This document shows positions 47,560 to 57,859 of a stretch of 64,000 bases of DNA, piece by piece. The stretch's first letter is position 1. Every line of letters starts with the position of its first letter. This DNA is from an uncultured Bacteroidota bacterium (GTDB taxonomy: Bacteria > Bacteroidota > Bacteroidia > Bacteroidales > UBA12481). The translations under genes were made by a program, and so were the position numbers. The stretch is taken from positions 21,675-85,674 of the forward strand of contig CAINOB010000063.1 in assembly GCA_903851365.1 (NCBI GenBank), in the 5' to 3' direction. The notes beneath the pieces were generated by a model, which searched no databases, was not told the origin of the DNA, and worked only from the letters and a program-made list of their open reading frames with translations.

Positions 47560-50500
47560 ATGAAGTCGGATATTAAAAAGGATAAGCCTTGTTCATGTAA
47601 CGGAGATTGCACTCCGAAAGTCGATCGTCGCGGTTTTCTGCGTATTGCAGGTGTTGGCTCACTGGGTCTCTATGCCGGGTTGCCGATGATTGCCGGCCCT
47701 TTTAGTTCATCGGATTTTCAGGATCTGGTGCCTGTTGATAAAAAACTTCGCCCCGAATGGGTTAAAAGCCTGTTTGAAAGAGGTACTCCGCAGATATACA
47801 AAGGTGAAGAGCTGAAATACATCGGGATGCCAATCGGCGGAATTTGTGCCGGGCAGGTGTATCTCGGAGGAGATGGCAAATTGTGGCATTGGGATATCTT
47901 TAATAAAAGAATTGGAACGGGTGACTCCCATTACGCTCATCCGATGGAGCCCTCTTCTCCGTTTGAACAGGGATTCGCAATAAAAACCGGATCAGGAGAT
48001 AAAGCTCAGGTCAGGCAGTTGGATAAAACCGGATTTCCAGACGTTACTTTCCGCGGTGAATACCCAATTGGCAAAGTAGAATATCCGGCCGATCCGGTCT
48101 CGGTTTCACTCGAAGCATTTTCTCCGTTCATCCCGCTCTCAGTGGATGAATCAAGTCTTCCTGCAACCATCATGCGTTTTACCCTTAAAAACAATTCGGC
48201 AGATACGGTTGAAACAACGCTGTATGGATGGCTTGAAAATGCTGTTTGCCTGAACAATCGCTACGCCGAAGGAAAACGCCGCAATAAATTAGTTAGCGCA
48301 AAAGGGTACAGCGTCCTTAACTGTACAGCTGAAAAGGTGCCGCCACAAACGGAAACCAAACGTCCCGATGTGACATTTGAGGATTGGAAAGATGAAAAGT
48401 ATGTTGGCTGGATTGCCGAAGGAAATGCCTTCGGTACCGGACCAATTAAAAAAACGGATATTCCAGATTATCAGGGCGATGTCGGCGGTGATACGGAGAG
48501 ATTGGTGAATTCGCATGCCTTGGCTTCCACTGCTGCTGATGTTGCCAGCCGGGATAGTGCAACAGGAACTTTGACCAGTAAAAAGTTTATCATAGAAAGA
48601 AAATTTATCAATCTATGGATCGGTGGCGGCTCCCATAAGGATAAAACTTGTTTCGATGTTATGATCGACGGTAAGGTAGTTCGCTCGGCAACCGGAATGA
48701 ACGATAATAAAATGACCCAACAAAGTATAAACGTTGCTGAATTTCAAGGTAAGGAAGCGTATATCCGGATTGTAGATGCTGAAACAGGTGCCTGGGGCAA
48801 TATCGGGGTCGGTCGCATAACTTTCAGCGATCGGCAGTTTAAGCAGGAGGATCTTGAGAAATTACCCGATTTTGGAACCATGAGCCTTGCCCTGCTGGGC
48901 GAAAAGGCCAATTATGGGTTTGCTGAAACTGATAACAAGGGAATTGGACAAAAACACGTTTCTGATGCTTCAGTGTTGCTTGAGGAGCATCTTACCGGCG
49001 CCGTCGGTCGTAAAATCAACCTCAAAGCTGGTGAATCAACCGTGCTGACCTTTGCCGTCACCTGGAATTTTCCAAATCTTTATGTTCCGGGCAAAGGCCG
49101 CTACTATGCTTCTAAATTTGCCAATGCCGAAGCAGTAGCCGATTATCTGTCGAAAAATATAAGCCGGCTGTATAATCAGACAAAAATGTGGAGGGATACC
49201 TGGTACGATTCAACACTGCCATATTGGTTCCTCGACAGGACTTTTACCAATGCTTCCACGTTGGCTACATCAACTGCCTTTCGGTTCTACGACGGTAAAT
49301 TCTGGGGCTGGGAAGGCGTAGGTTGCTGTGAGGGGACCTGCACTCATGTTTATCATTACGAACAAACCATGGGACGGATTTTTCCAGAACTGGATATCGT
49401 CCTTCGTGAAAAAACCGACTTTAATACCAACGACAGCTTTAAAGGTGATGGGGTGGTGGAGTACCGTGGTAAAGGAACCGGTGCCGCAATGGACGGTCAG
49501 GCTGGGATCATACTTCGAAGCTTGAGAGATCACCAAATGTCGCCCAATGATGAATTCCTGAAACGTAACTGGACAAAGATCAAAAGTGCCCTTGAGTGGA
49601 TGATAGCTCAGGATGGAACTGAGGATGGCGTGATCAAAAAGAACCAGCATAATACTCTTGATGCTGAATGGTTCGGTGACGTAGCCTGGCTGACAGGACT
49701 GTATCTGGCTGCTCTAAAAGCCGGAGAAGTGATGGCAAAAGAAATGGGTGACCCTGATTTTGCAGGAAAATGCAGCAGGATCCTGGATAAGGGACGGAAA
49801 AATTTCGTCGGTAAAATGTGGAATGGCGAATATTTTATTCAGGTTGGCGATCCGGCTAAAGCAAATATGGTTGGTTCTTATGATGGTTGTGAAATTGATC
49901 AGGTTCTCGGACAAAGCTGGGCATATCAGGTGGGTCTGGGTGAGGTGCTTCCTCAGGAACAAACCAGACAGGCACTGAAATCACTATGGAAATACAACTT
50001 TACTCCTGATGCAGGTGCCTATCGCGAGGTGTACAAACCCGGCCGGTGGTATGCCATGGCCGGAGAAGCCGGAACGCTCATGTGCAGTTGGCCCAAGGGC
50101 GAATCCAAGCGCGTTAAGACAAACTACGACTTTTACTTCAACGAATGCATGAACGGATTTGAACATCAGCTTTCAGGCCACATGATCTGGGAAAATATGC
50201 TCCTCGAAGGCTTCGCAATCGAAAGAGCCATCCACGACCGTTATCATGCCATCCGCAGAAATCCTTGGAATGAGGTGGAATGCGGCGATCACTATGCTCG
50301 TTCCATGGCAAGTTATGGCGTATTTCTGGCTGCCTGTGGTTTTGAATACCATGGTCCTAAAGGCCATATCGGATTCGCTCCCCGACTAACGCCCGAGAAC
50401 TTTAAATCGCCCTTTACTTCCGCCGAAGGGTGGGGTACCTTTGAGCAGCGTGCCCAGGGCTCCTGGCTCAGGGCCAGAGTAAAAGTTAATTTCGGAAAAC

Positions 50501-50679
50501 TCAGGGTGAAAACAGTTTCGTTGGCTCTGACAAAAAATCTGAATCCCGGAACCATAAAGGCTTCTTTAAATGGAAAGGCAATCGGCAGCAGTATGTTGGT
50601 AAATAAAGAAAATGTATTGATTACCCTTAATCAGGAGGTAGTGATCGGCGTCGGTGAAAGGCTTGACCTGTTTCTTTAA
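47560..50679 (+). CDS. GH116 family glycoside hydrolase with Tat signal and inserted CBM38-like module
   Basis: DRRGFL Tat signal, GMPIGGICAG, EAFSPFIP, WEGVGCCEGTCTHV, DGQAG, HNTLD, DQVLGQ and NPWNEVECGDHYARSMASY. Confidence 0.88.
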   Translation: MKSDIKKDKPCSCNGDCTPKVDRRGFLRIAGVGSLGLYAGLPMIAGPFSSSDFQDLVPVDKKLRPEWVKSLFERGTPQIYKGEELKYIGMPIGGICAGQVYLGGDGKLWHWDIFNKRIGTGDSHYAHPMEPSSPFEQGFAIKTGSGDKAQVRQLDKTGFPDVTFRGEYPIGKVEYPADPVSVSLEAFSPFIPLSVDESSLPATIMRFTLKNNSADTVETTLYGWLENAVCLNNRYAEGKRRNKLVSAKGYSVLNCTAEKVPPQTETKRPDVTFEDWKDEKYVGWIAEGNAFGTGPIKKTDIPDYQGDVGGDTERLVNSHALASTAADVASRDSATGTLTSKKFIIERKFINLWIGGGSHKDKTCFDVMIDGKVVRSATGMNDNKMTQQSINVAEFQGKEAYIRIVDAETGAWGNIGVGRITFSDRQFKQEDLEKLPDFGTMSLALLGEKANYGFAETDNKGIGQKHVSDASVLLEEHLTGAVGRKINLKAGESTVLTFAVTWNFPNLYVPGKGRYYASKFANAEAVADYLSKNISRLYNQTKMWRDTWYDSTLPYWFLDRTFTNASTLATSTAFRFYDGKFWGWEGVGCCEGTCTHVYHYEQTMGRIFPELDIVLREKTDFNTNDSFKGDGVVEYRGKGTGAAMDGQAGIILRSLRDHQMSPNDEFLKRNWTKIKSALEWMIAQDGTEDGVIKKNQHNTLDAEWFGDVAWLTGLYLAALKAGEVMAKEMGDPDFAGKCSRILDKGRKNFVGKMWNGEYFIQVGDPAKANMVGSYDGCEIDQVLGQSWAYQVGLGEVLPQEQTRQALKSLWKYNFTPDAGAYREVYKPGRWYAMAGEAGTLMCSWPKGESKRVKTNYDFYFNECMNGFEHQLSGHMIWENMLLEGFAIERAIHDRYHAIRRNPWNEVECGDHYARSMASYGVFLAACGFEYHGPKGHIGFAPRLTPENFKSPFTSAEGWGTFEQRAQGSWLRARVKVNFGKLRVKTVSLALTKNLNPGTIKASLNGKAIGSSMLVNKENVLITLNQEVVIGVGERLDLFL

Positions 50680-50685
50680 AGACTT

Positions 50686-51834
50686 TTAATGCTGAATGGA
50701 ATGATATTCAGCAAACCGGTCACTGGCATTGCTGGTGTATTTTTCCCATCCCGGCCAGTTGGGCCACCAGGTATTGACCATCAAATGCATGGAGTGGTTG
50801 GGAAAGTTTGATTGCAAGGTGGTTTTGTCTTTTTGTATACCATCAATGTACCAGCTGATTCCGTCAGGGTAAAAGTCTATTCTGTATTCATGAAATGCGA
50901 CACTTGGATCAAATCCAAGGTTGATGGTGTTGCTGTATACGGATTGACCGGTGATAGAACTGATATCAGATTTCCAGATAGTGAAAATCACCTTGCCGCT
51001 ACCGTCGTTCCAGATTTCCAGATCAATCTCGTCACCATAATCCACTCCCTCATATGTGAACAGAGTAGTAATTGTGCCAGGAAGTGCCGGGCATTTCATA
51101 TTCGTCCGATAGGTTCCGAAACTATAGGTATATGGACTGACAGATTCAATTTCACCACCATTTTTGGTGTTTGCGGGGTGCCTGAGTAATAGTTTGCCAG
51201 ATTCCATAGTCACATTTTCTGGTTGAAAGAATCCGAGTCCGGGTCGGGCTGTTGTTCCCGGTGTCCTGTGATTTCCCTTAACCCATCTCGCATCATTAAA
51301 AACGCTGAAATGGTCAATAAAGTTAAATGCCATGAACGAGCTGTCCTGCTCGCGGTAATCCAACCGGATAGCGGGTCCGTCTTCAGGTCTTGAACTCCAG
51401 ATGGCCATTCTGACCTTGTACGATCCTGAAGTGATTTTTGGATCTGGAGGCACTACCCACGATTTACTTTGCACGGACGATACCTGTCCCGGATACAGGG
51501 TCACCGGATTTGAGGTGATATCATACCACAGTCCCGTCCTGTCCTGCACACTGTATCCAACCCAAAAGGTCCATTTTAGTTTTCCTGAATTTTTAAATGA
51601 AATTTTTGAAGTCACCGTGTTGCCCGAATAATAATCTCCGGAGGGCGGTAGGAAATTGGTTATCGTAATCTTTACAGGGTATCCAATCAGGTTCTGTTCA
51701 TTATCGAAGGTCTCCTCATCTCCCTGAATACCGAAATTATCCTGACATGAGGTGTTCAATAATGCAACCATAATGGCAAGAATTATAATATTTAAATAGG
51801 TATCCCGGGCTTTCAATGTTGTATCCCTGTCCAT
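50686..51834 (-). CDS. GH16 glycoside hydrolase lipoprotein with N-terminal Ig-like domain
   Basis: Likely start ATG 51834, LNTSC lipobox, catalytic DEIDLE, GFDPSVAFHEYRIDF and ISWYIDG. Confidence 0.85.
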   Translation of the reverse strand: MDRDTTLKARDTYLNIIILAIMVALLNTSCQDNFGIQGDEETFDNEQNLIGYPVKITITNFLPPSGDYYSGNTVTSKISFKNSGKLKWTFWVGYSVQDRTGLWYDITSNPVTLYPGQVSSVQSKSWVVPPDPKITSGSYKVRMAIWSSRPEDGPAIRLDYREQDSSFMAFNFIDHFSVFNDARWVKGNHRTPGTTARPGLGFFQPENVTMESGKLLLRHPANTKNGGEIESVSPYTYSFGTYRTNMKCPALPGTITTLFTYEGVDYGDEIDLEIWNDGSGKVIFTIWKSDISSITGQSVYSNTINLGFDPSVAFHEYRIDFYPDGISWYIDGIQKDKTTLQSNFPNHSMHLMVNTWWPNWPGWEKYTSNASDRFAEYHSIQH

Positions 51835-53837
51835 TTCTTGAGAGAATCCGGGATCAGCCGGTTGCTTTTGCACGCGTAATTATTCTTTCTGATAAAATTG
51901 TCGAGCTCATCCCTTAACTGATTCAGCGTATCAGGCTGATCAATAGGTTCAATGTCAAGATCAGGAAATACTTTGTACAGGTTTTGATTGGATAAAAAAT
52001 TTCCCGCGCTAACCATATCGAGCAATTCATTAACATTTCGCATAAACGGATAGGTATACAGGCTCCGGAAGTTGACGGAATTATCGAGACCGTGGCCGAT
52101 CCACGAAGCAACTTTTGGACGGGTTATGAAATTATTACCACTCAGGAGGGCGATGAGGGAAGGGGTTAAATCAAAATGAGTTGTTAGGGCCGAGAATTTT
52201 TCAGCTTTTTTTAATAATGGCGAGTAGATGATTAACGGAACATGAAACCGGTCGATTTGGGTGCTGATCGGAATTTCGGGCATCCGGTGATCCCCGGTAA
52301 TGATAAAGATGGTATTGGCAAAGGAAGGTGTTTTGCTTATCTCATCGAAAAAATATCGGAACGACTCGTCAAAGTACATTACTGTGGAAAGCTCTTTTTG
52401 ATATTGATTGTCGAAAGTCTTGGTTTTTTCATCCAGTTTCAGAAGCATCAATCTTTCTGCCACCTTTTGAATATAATGCTCCTGATCAGGTATGTTAAAT
52501 GGATCGTGCATTGCCAGGGTGAGCATGATATCAAGCCGGGGAGAATCAGTTTTTGATTTAAGCGTTTCAAGATACTTGACGAAAAGGTCGCGATCGGTGT
52601 ATCCCCAGGTAAATCCGTTGCCCGTTGCCGGAAGTTTGGTATAACCCGGCCCGAAACTGCTACCGTCAATGATCTGATCGATCCCCTGACGGTTCAGAAA
52701 AACACCCATATTGTCAAATTCTGATTCCCCTCCATAGAAGAATTTGCAGGTGTACCCGGCCTGTTTCTTCAGCAGGCTGATCAAACTGAGATGATCCGGC
52801 ATTTTTTCGCCCAATCCTGCGAACCCATGATCTCCGAATGGAAGGGAACCCAGAGTTGACGGCAAAACCTGAAATGTTCGCCCTGAAGTGCTCAGGCAGT
52901 TTTCCCAATAAAGACTCTTCTGCATCAGCGAATCCAAGTAGGGAGTAAAGCTTCCCAAATAAGCTCCCTTACCGCTGTATGCCCGCCCCAGGCTCTCAAC
53001 GATAATCAGAACAATATTCGGAGGCGAATCTCCCAGATTAAAATATTCTGCCAAAACATCCGGAGTGGTCTCCTCATGAAGGAATGGATAATCAGGATCG
53101 ATATATTTGAACGGATTACCTGCCGTACTCGCTGAAATCGGTTTCAAGGTGTAAGCCTTGTTGTTTAATGTACCCTGACGCATATAATGATCTGCGACAC
53201 TCTCGATGAAAAAGTCGAGCTTGTTGGTTGCAACAAACATGCTGAATTCATTGCTGAATTTTGCGGGATTTATATTCAGCTGCTTTATAGGTACCAGCGA
53301 AATCAACATCATGACAGTCAGAATTGCCATCAACCAGGGTTTCATTCGGAAATAAACATGCTTAACAAAAACCCTGACCATAATCGCCAGATATATGATG
53401 GTAAGAATATATGGAGCAATATTGATTTTTCCTGAAGAGCCAACAGTATGCTGAATCTCTTTAAATGAGTACCCGAACAGGTCGGCTCCCAAAGGTACCC
53501 TCGCCGTTGAAAAGTATTTTATCAGAAGGATATTCCCCAACATCAGCAGAATACACACTGAAACGAAGAAATACTTGGCGGCTTTCTGACTAAAAAAAGC
53601 GATTACCAGGAATGGAACCATGAGCAGACCCGAAATCCTCAGGTATAATATCAGATCCATCTTAAGGGCAGTCAGCAAATTGATAGCAATATCTGCTTGG
53701 AAAAGGGAGGACGTGGTTGTAAAAAGCAGCTCCGATAGGCGGACCATCAGTATCATCGCCGCAAGGATAATACTCAGGCTGAGAAATCGCCTAAGGGAGC
53801 GTGCAACGAGCTGAACCGATTCCGTTAATGAAGGCAT
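51813..53837 (-). CDS. LTA synthase / phosphoglycerol-phosphoethanolamine transferase family (alkaline phosphatase superfamily)
   Basis: About five N-terminal TM helices, PNIVLIIVESLG, SGRT (catalytic Thr), FFYGG..FDNM, HDPF and IITGDH. Confidence 0.9.
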   Translation of the reverse strand: MPSLTESVQLVARSLRRFLSLSIILAAMILMVRLSELLFTTTSSLFQADIAINLLTALKMDLILYLRISGLLMVPFLVIAFFSQKAAKYFFVSVCILLMLGNILLIKYFSTARVPLGADLFGYSFKEIQHTVGSSGKINIAPYILTIIYLAIMVRVFVKHVYFRMKPWLMAILTVMMLISLVPIKQLNINPAKFSNEFSMFVATNKLDFFIESVADHYMRQGTLNNKAYTLKPISASTAGNPFKYIDPDYPFLHEETTPDVLAEYFNLGDSPPNIVLIIVESLGRAYSGKGAYLGSFTPYLDSLMQKSLYWENCLSTSGRTFQVLPSTLGSLPFGDHGFAGLGEKMPDHLSLISLLKKQAGYTCKFFYGGESEFDNMGVFLNRQGIDQIIDGSSFGPGYTKLPATGNGFTWGYTDRDLFVKYLETLKSKTDSPRLDIMLTLAMHDPFNIPDQEHYIQKVAERLMLLKLDEKTKTFDNQYQKELSTVMYFDESFRYFFDEISKTPSFANTIFIITGDHRMPEIPISTQIDRFHVPLIIYSPLLKKAEKFSALTTHFDLTPSLIALLSGNNFITRPKVASWIGHGLDNSVNFRSLYTYPFMRNVNELLDMVSAGNFLSNQNLYKVFPDLDIEPIDQPDTLNQLRDELDNFIRKNNYACKSNRLIPDSLKKWTGIQH

Positions 53838-53845
53838 GATAAAAG

Positions 53846-55081
53846 TTAAAATAGTCTTGAAATACTGATGTCAAAAGTGTAATATCCTGAAAATGTTCCT
53901 TTTTGCCGCTCTTCATTGCCCCAGACAACGCCCCCGTTGATGATCCAGAAGTGGTTGATTATGTGGTTATATTCCACACGCAGGGAGCGTGTTTTTAAGG
54001 CCAGTTTCTGATTTGAATCAATCAGGTTCCGGTTGTCATCCGGGGATACTCCATAGCCCAGACGAAGTCCGATATAGTTTTCCGGATCAGAAAAATACCG
54101 TCTCAGCAGCATTAATCCGGAAACCGATGTGCCATCGGAAGCGGGTGTGACAAACGCTCGTGCGGAAATCCAGTAATTGCCTAAGTATTTGCCTAAAGTG
54201 GCTGTATATATGTTTACCGAGGAGCTGTTGAATTGTAAAATCCGCATACCGAGCGAACCTTCAAATGATTTAGGGAAATTGTGGTACCATTCCAATCCCA
54301 GCCTGTTCTTTGGGAAAATGGTGCTTTGAGAGTATCCATAGTTCAGATAACCATAATTATTCTCGCCAAGTTTAGGATAGGCATCGATCTCTCCCTGAAA
54401 TCCTCTGGAAGCATAACGGTCAGCCACATTTGCCCGGGCGATTATGGATCCGAATTTTGTTTTTCTGCCATACGATAAGGCTGCAATCTGCCAGGGATCA
54501 CGGCTGAATGCTTTATCAAAAACATCTAACGTGTAAGTTATCCTCAGAGTATTCTTGAGCACATCAAGCCGATATTCCTGGAGCTTTTTCAGCGCTTCGG
54601 CATGAGCAGGATTCAATTGAATCAATTTTTTAAGGATGGCTACCGCTTCCTCATTCCTGCCGCTACTGTGAAGTATCCTGGCTTTTTTTAACAGGAAAGG
54701 TTCAGCCGCCGAGTCCTTCGATAAAGCGAGATCGCAAAAACTAATAGCCTTCGAATAATTTTCTGACCAATATTCCACGTCAGCAAAAGCATCCAGAGCA
54801 TCCATGTTTCCTGGACTGCGTTTTAGCACATCGTTCAGTACCATGCGGGTGGAATCACTGATGCCATCCCAGGAATAGGTTCGTGCCATCAAAATTGCAA
54901 CATCCGAGTCGAATCCTTTTGCAAGAATACTTTTGCACATCTGCCGTGCTTTTGCCCGCTGACCATTGAAAGCAAGATGGCGGGCTTCAACAAAAGTCTG
55001 GGCCGGCAAAGTTGCATGCAGTCCAGCCAAAAGAAGGATTATTGCTAAGGCACGGGATCGTATGGATAATTTCAGCTGCAT
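53846..55081 (-). CDS. TPR + YaiO-family outer-membrane beta-barrel protein
   Basis: Signal peptide, TPR N-half (ARTYSWDG, DVEYW), barrel with EIDAYPK..YGYLNYGYS..FPK and GKYLGNYW, C-terminal Phe. Confidence 0.88.
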   Translation of the reverse strand: MQLKLSIRSRALAIILLLAGLHATLPAQTFVEARHLAFNGQRAKARQMCKSILAKGFDSDVAILMARTYSWDGISDSTRMVLNDVLKRSPGNMDALDAFADVEYWSENYSKAISFCDLALSKDSAAEPFLLKKARILHSSGRNEEAVAILKKLIQLNPAHAEALKKLQEYRLDVLKNTLRITYTLDVFDKAFSRDPWQIAALSYGRKTKFGSIIARANVADRYASRGFQGEIDAYPKLGENNYGYLNYGYSQSTIFPKNRLGLEWYHNFPKSFEGSLGMRILQFNSSSVNIYTATLGKYLGNYWISARAFVTPASDGTSVSGLMLLRRYFSDPENYIGLRLGYGVSPDDNRNLIDSNQKLALKTRSLRVEYNHIINHFWIINGGVVWGNEERQKGTFSGYYTFDISISRLF

Positions 55082-55098
55082 TTTTTATCAATTATTCG

Positions 55099-56508
55099 TC
55101 ATTTTGGTGTTTCAAACCCAACACGGGTCATGTTTCCCCAAGACTTACGTTTACGTATGAAAAAGTCGAAATTCCCCCTCATGGCCCAATAAACAATTAA
55201 TGGATGGTAAAGGATGGGTTCGATCCAGGCCGTGAGGATCAGCTTTAAGATCATTCTCTTTTTTTTGTACCGGTGGTAGGTCAGATGGTCGAAAAGAATA
55301 GAATAGGTAGAAAAGGAAATCGAGAAAAAATAAACAAAGAAAACCATTACATAAAAAAATGGCCAGTTTGGATCACCCAGTATAGCAATAGAGGTAAAAT
55401 ACAGTATGCCAAATATTTCAATGAATGGAGCCAACCACTCAAAAAGCACCCAAAATGGGTGGGATACCATTCCCATAAATCCATACTTTGGATTGAGGAA
55501 AACATTTCGGTGAAGGAATAGCGTATCAATTGTGCCTCTGGTCCATCGGTTGCGTTGACTTCCTAAAACTTTCATGCTCGATGGGGCCTCCGTCCAGCAT
55601 AGCGGATCAGGAATATAAACAACCTGGTATTTCAACTTTTGTTCAGCCATGAATTTGCGCATGCGAACGACCAGCTCCATATCCTCGCCAACTGTTTTGG
55701 TATAATATCCGCCGCAATTGATAACAACTTCCTTGTCGAATATCCCGAGGGCACCGGAAATTAAAAGAAGCCCATCGAGGCGGCTCCAGGCCAAACGACC
55801 CATTAAGAAACTTCTGTTGTATTCCACTACCTGGCAGCGGGGAAGAAATTTATCCGGAACGTTTATTTCAATGAGTTGGCCATCAACAACCTTGCAAGAA
55901 TTGGCAATTCGGATCACCCCCCCTGTTGCTATAACTTTTCGGTCGGTTTCCTCCAGAAATGGCTTGATGAGTTTTTGAAGGGCATAGGGATCGATAATAG
56001 AATCAACATCAATCGAAATGAAATAGTCTCCCTTTGCGATATTAATTCCGGCGTTCAGGGCATCTGCCTTGCCGCCGTTGATCTTGTCTATGACGGTAAG
56101 ATTGTTGAAAGCTTTATTTTGAGATTTGTAAATCCCGGCAATTTCTTTGCAGGTGATCTTGTAATCAATCATATAGGGAACTTTCTCCAGGTCAAAAGCC
56201 ACGATGGCCCTCTCCAGCGTGTTGTCCTTGCTGCCGTCATTCACAATGATAATCTCGAAGCTGGGATAATAAAGTGCCAGCAAGGCTTTTATATTCTCAA
56301 CAATACTCAGCGATTCATTATAAGCAGGAGCAATTACGGTTATCATGGGTGCCAGCGGAGAGGAGATAATCGCATCGTAATCTGTGATTTTTGAAGTAAA
56401 AAAGCGCCTTCTCAACTCCAGGGCCGATATGAATGCAAGAACAAAATAGATGCTGAATATGCAAATCGCATAAAACAGAAAAAACTTTTCAAAAATTCCC
56501 TGAACCAT
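55099..56508 (-). CDS. Processive GT2 polysaccharide synthase (PgaC/IcaA/YaiP-like)
   Basis: PAYNE, VNDGSKD, NGGKADALN, IDVD (DxD), GEDME and QRNRW (QxxRW). TM helices at both ends. Confidence 0.93.
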   Translation of the reverse strand: MVQGIFEKFFLFYAICIFSIYFVLAFISALELRRRFFTSKITDYDAIISSPLAPMITVIAPAYNESLSIVENIKALLALYYPSFEIIIVNDGSKDNTLERAIVAFDLEKVPYMIDYKITCKEIAGIYKSQNKAFNNLTVIDKINGGKADALNAGINIAKGDYFISIDVDSIIDPYALQKLIKPFLEETDRKVIATGGVIRIANSCKVVDGQLIEINVPDKFLPRCQVVEYNRSFLMGRLAWSRLDGLLLISGALGIFDKEVVINCGGYYTKTVGEDMELVVRMRKFMAEQKLKYQVVYIPDPLCWTEAPSSMKVLGSQRNRWTRGTIDTLFLHRNVFLNPKYGFMGMVSHPFWVLFEWLAPFIEIFGILYFTSIAILGDPNWPFFYVMVFFVYFFSISFSTYSILFDHLTYHRYKKKRMILKLILTAWIEPILYHPLIVYWAMRGNFDFFIRKRKSWGNMTRVGFETPK

Positions 56509-56513
56509 AATGC

Positions 56514-57842
56514 CTAATTTCTAAGGTCTGTAACGTGAGCTATATACTGCTCAATTTTCAGTTCTGAATTTGCGTTTAAAATAGCCAGCCGCTCCGGGCC
56601 TTCGTCGTTCATGTAATAGAGCGATCTGCAAGCCTCGGTTTTTAAAGTAACTGAGCCTGTCAATAAAATATTTTCCAGAAAATCGCAATCTTCCGGTGCA
56701 CCAATATTTCTGAATGCCCTGATAATTTCAATCCGGTTCCTATTGGTTTCTTTCGAATATTTGTCTTTTATCTGTTGTTTGCCATCGTATAGCCGAAGAT
56801 CGTTAATTGCACGGTACGTAAGCCACCGCGTAGTTTCCGACTGACTGCCGATCAATTGAAAAATGGCAGTTGCATTCTCCAACTGCTGAAAGAAAATGAT
56901 CATCCGCAAACAAAAGTTTCGGACATTGGGGTTCTCTGAATCCAGATAATCACTGAAAGAGGGAATATTCAACTGCCAGATACGGAACAGGTAAAAGGCA
57001 GTGACTTGCGTCCATCTGGTAAATGGACTGGTTAACTTCCGCAAAAAACCAAAAGGTTCCTCCGGATGGAGCCTGATAATCGAAGTTTGAGCCTCGGCTC
57101 TGACCAGATGGTGAGGATTATTGAGGAAACGTTCAATAGTATCGCCAGCGCCCTTTGGGTAGAGTTTTGTCAATTCCCTTAATCCCTCAACCCTGCGGTA
57201 AAAGAACATTGATCTCGTGGATCTCAGTGAATCCTTATAAAGTTTAAGATCTTCAAATACTTTCAATACCTGGTTGTCCATCCCGCCCCTGAGATTTTCC
57301 TGAAAATTCAGCAATACCGAAGTCAGGATTTTACGGTTCAGTGGTCTTTTAATTTTTTTTAGCTTGATAAGTGCCGTCTCCCAGCGGATCTCTCCAAAAA
57401 AATAGAGCCGGAGTACTTCCTCATAAATATTTTGGTACACCCTGATGTATCTCTCTTTGTGATTTTTCTGCTGATTGGTGAAATATAAAACCAGAATTAC
57501 CAGAAAAATATTGATAACAAAAACGACAATTAAAAAAGCAAAGAGGAGAATTATGGGATAGGAACCCGCCTTCTGAACAAACCTTGCAAAGTACCCTGAA
57601 ACAAAGGGTGGAAGATGGCCGTTGCCATATTTTATCAGGTCTAATTGAATTTCAGCAACTTTTTTATCGCCAAAAACTCTGCGGAATAAGTCATGCGAAA
57701 CACGCTCTGCACGTTTAACAGAATCAATTTTTTGAATTCGAACAACGGTAGCGGGATTTTCACTGGCCTGCAATCTGCCAGACGGGATAAGCCATGCACA
57801 GGTACAAATCAGGAACAGTATGATGATTTTATACTTGAACAT
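56514..57842 (-). CDS. Membrane-anchored HEAT-repeat domain protein
   Basis: N-terminal signal plus TM helix, then alpha-helical repeats (FLNNPHHLVRAEAQ, YLDSENPNVRNFC, LKTEACRSL). Confidence 0.8.
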   Translation of the reverse strand: MFKYKIIILFLICTCAWLIPSGRLQASENPATVVRIQKIDSVKRAERVSHDLFRRVFGDKKVAEIQLDLIKYGNGHLPPFVSGYFARFVQKAGSYPIILLFAFLIVVFVINIFLVILVLYFTNQQKNHKERYIRVYQNIYEEVLRLYFFGEIRWETALIKLKKIKRPLNRKILTSVLLNFQENLRGGMDNQVLKVFEDLKLYKDSLRSTRSMFFYRRVEGLRELTKLYPKGAGDTIERFLNNPHHLVRAEAQTSIIRLHPEEPFGFLRKLTSPFTRWTQVTAFYLFRIWQLNIPSFSDYLDSENPNVRNFCLRMIIFFQQLENATAIFQLIGSQSETTRWLTYRAINDLRLYDGKQQIKDKYSKETNRNRIEIIRAFRNIGAPEDCDFLENILLTGSVTLKTEACRSLYYMNDEGPERLAILNANSELKIEQYIAHVTDLRN

Positions 57843-57859
57843 GAGAGAATTTTAAGGAA

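Noticed and set aside
50454-50474. Degenerate heptamers (CCAGGGC TCCTGGC TCAGGGC) inside the GH116 3' region
   Set aside because: Only three imperfect units, which is compatible with chance in coding sequence.
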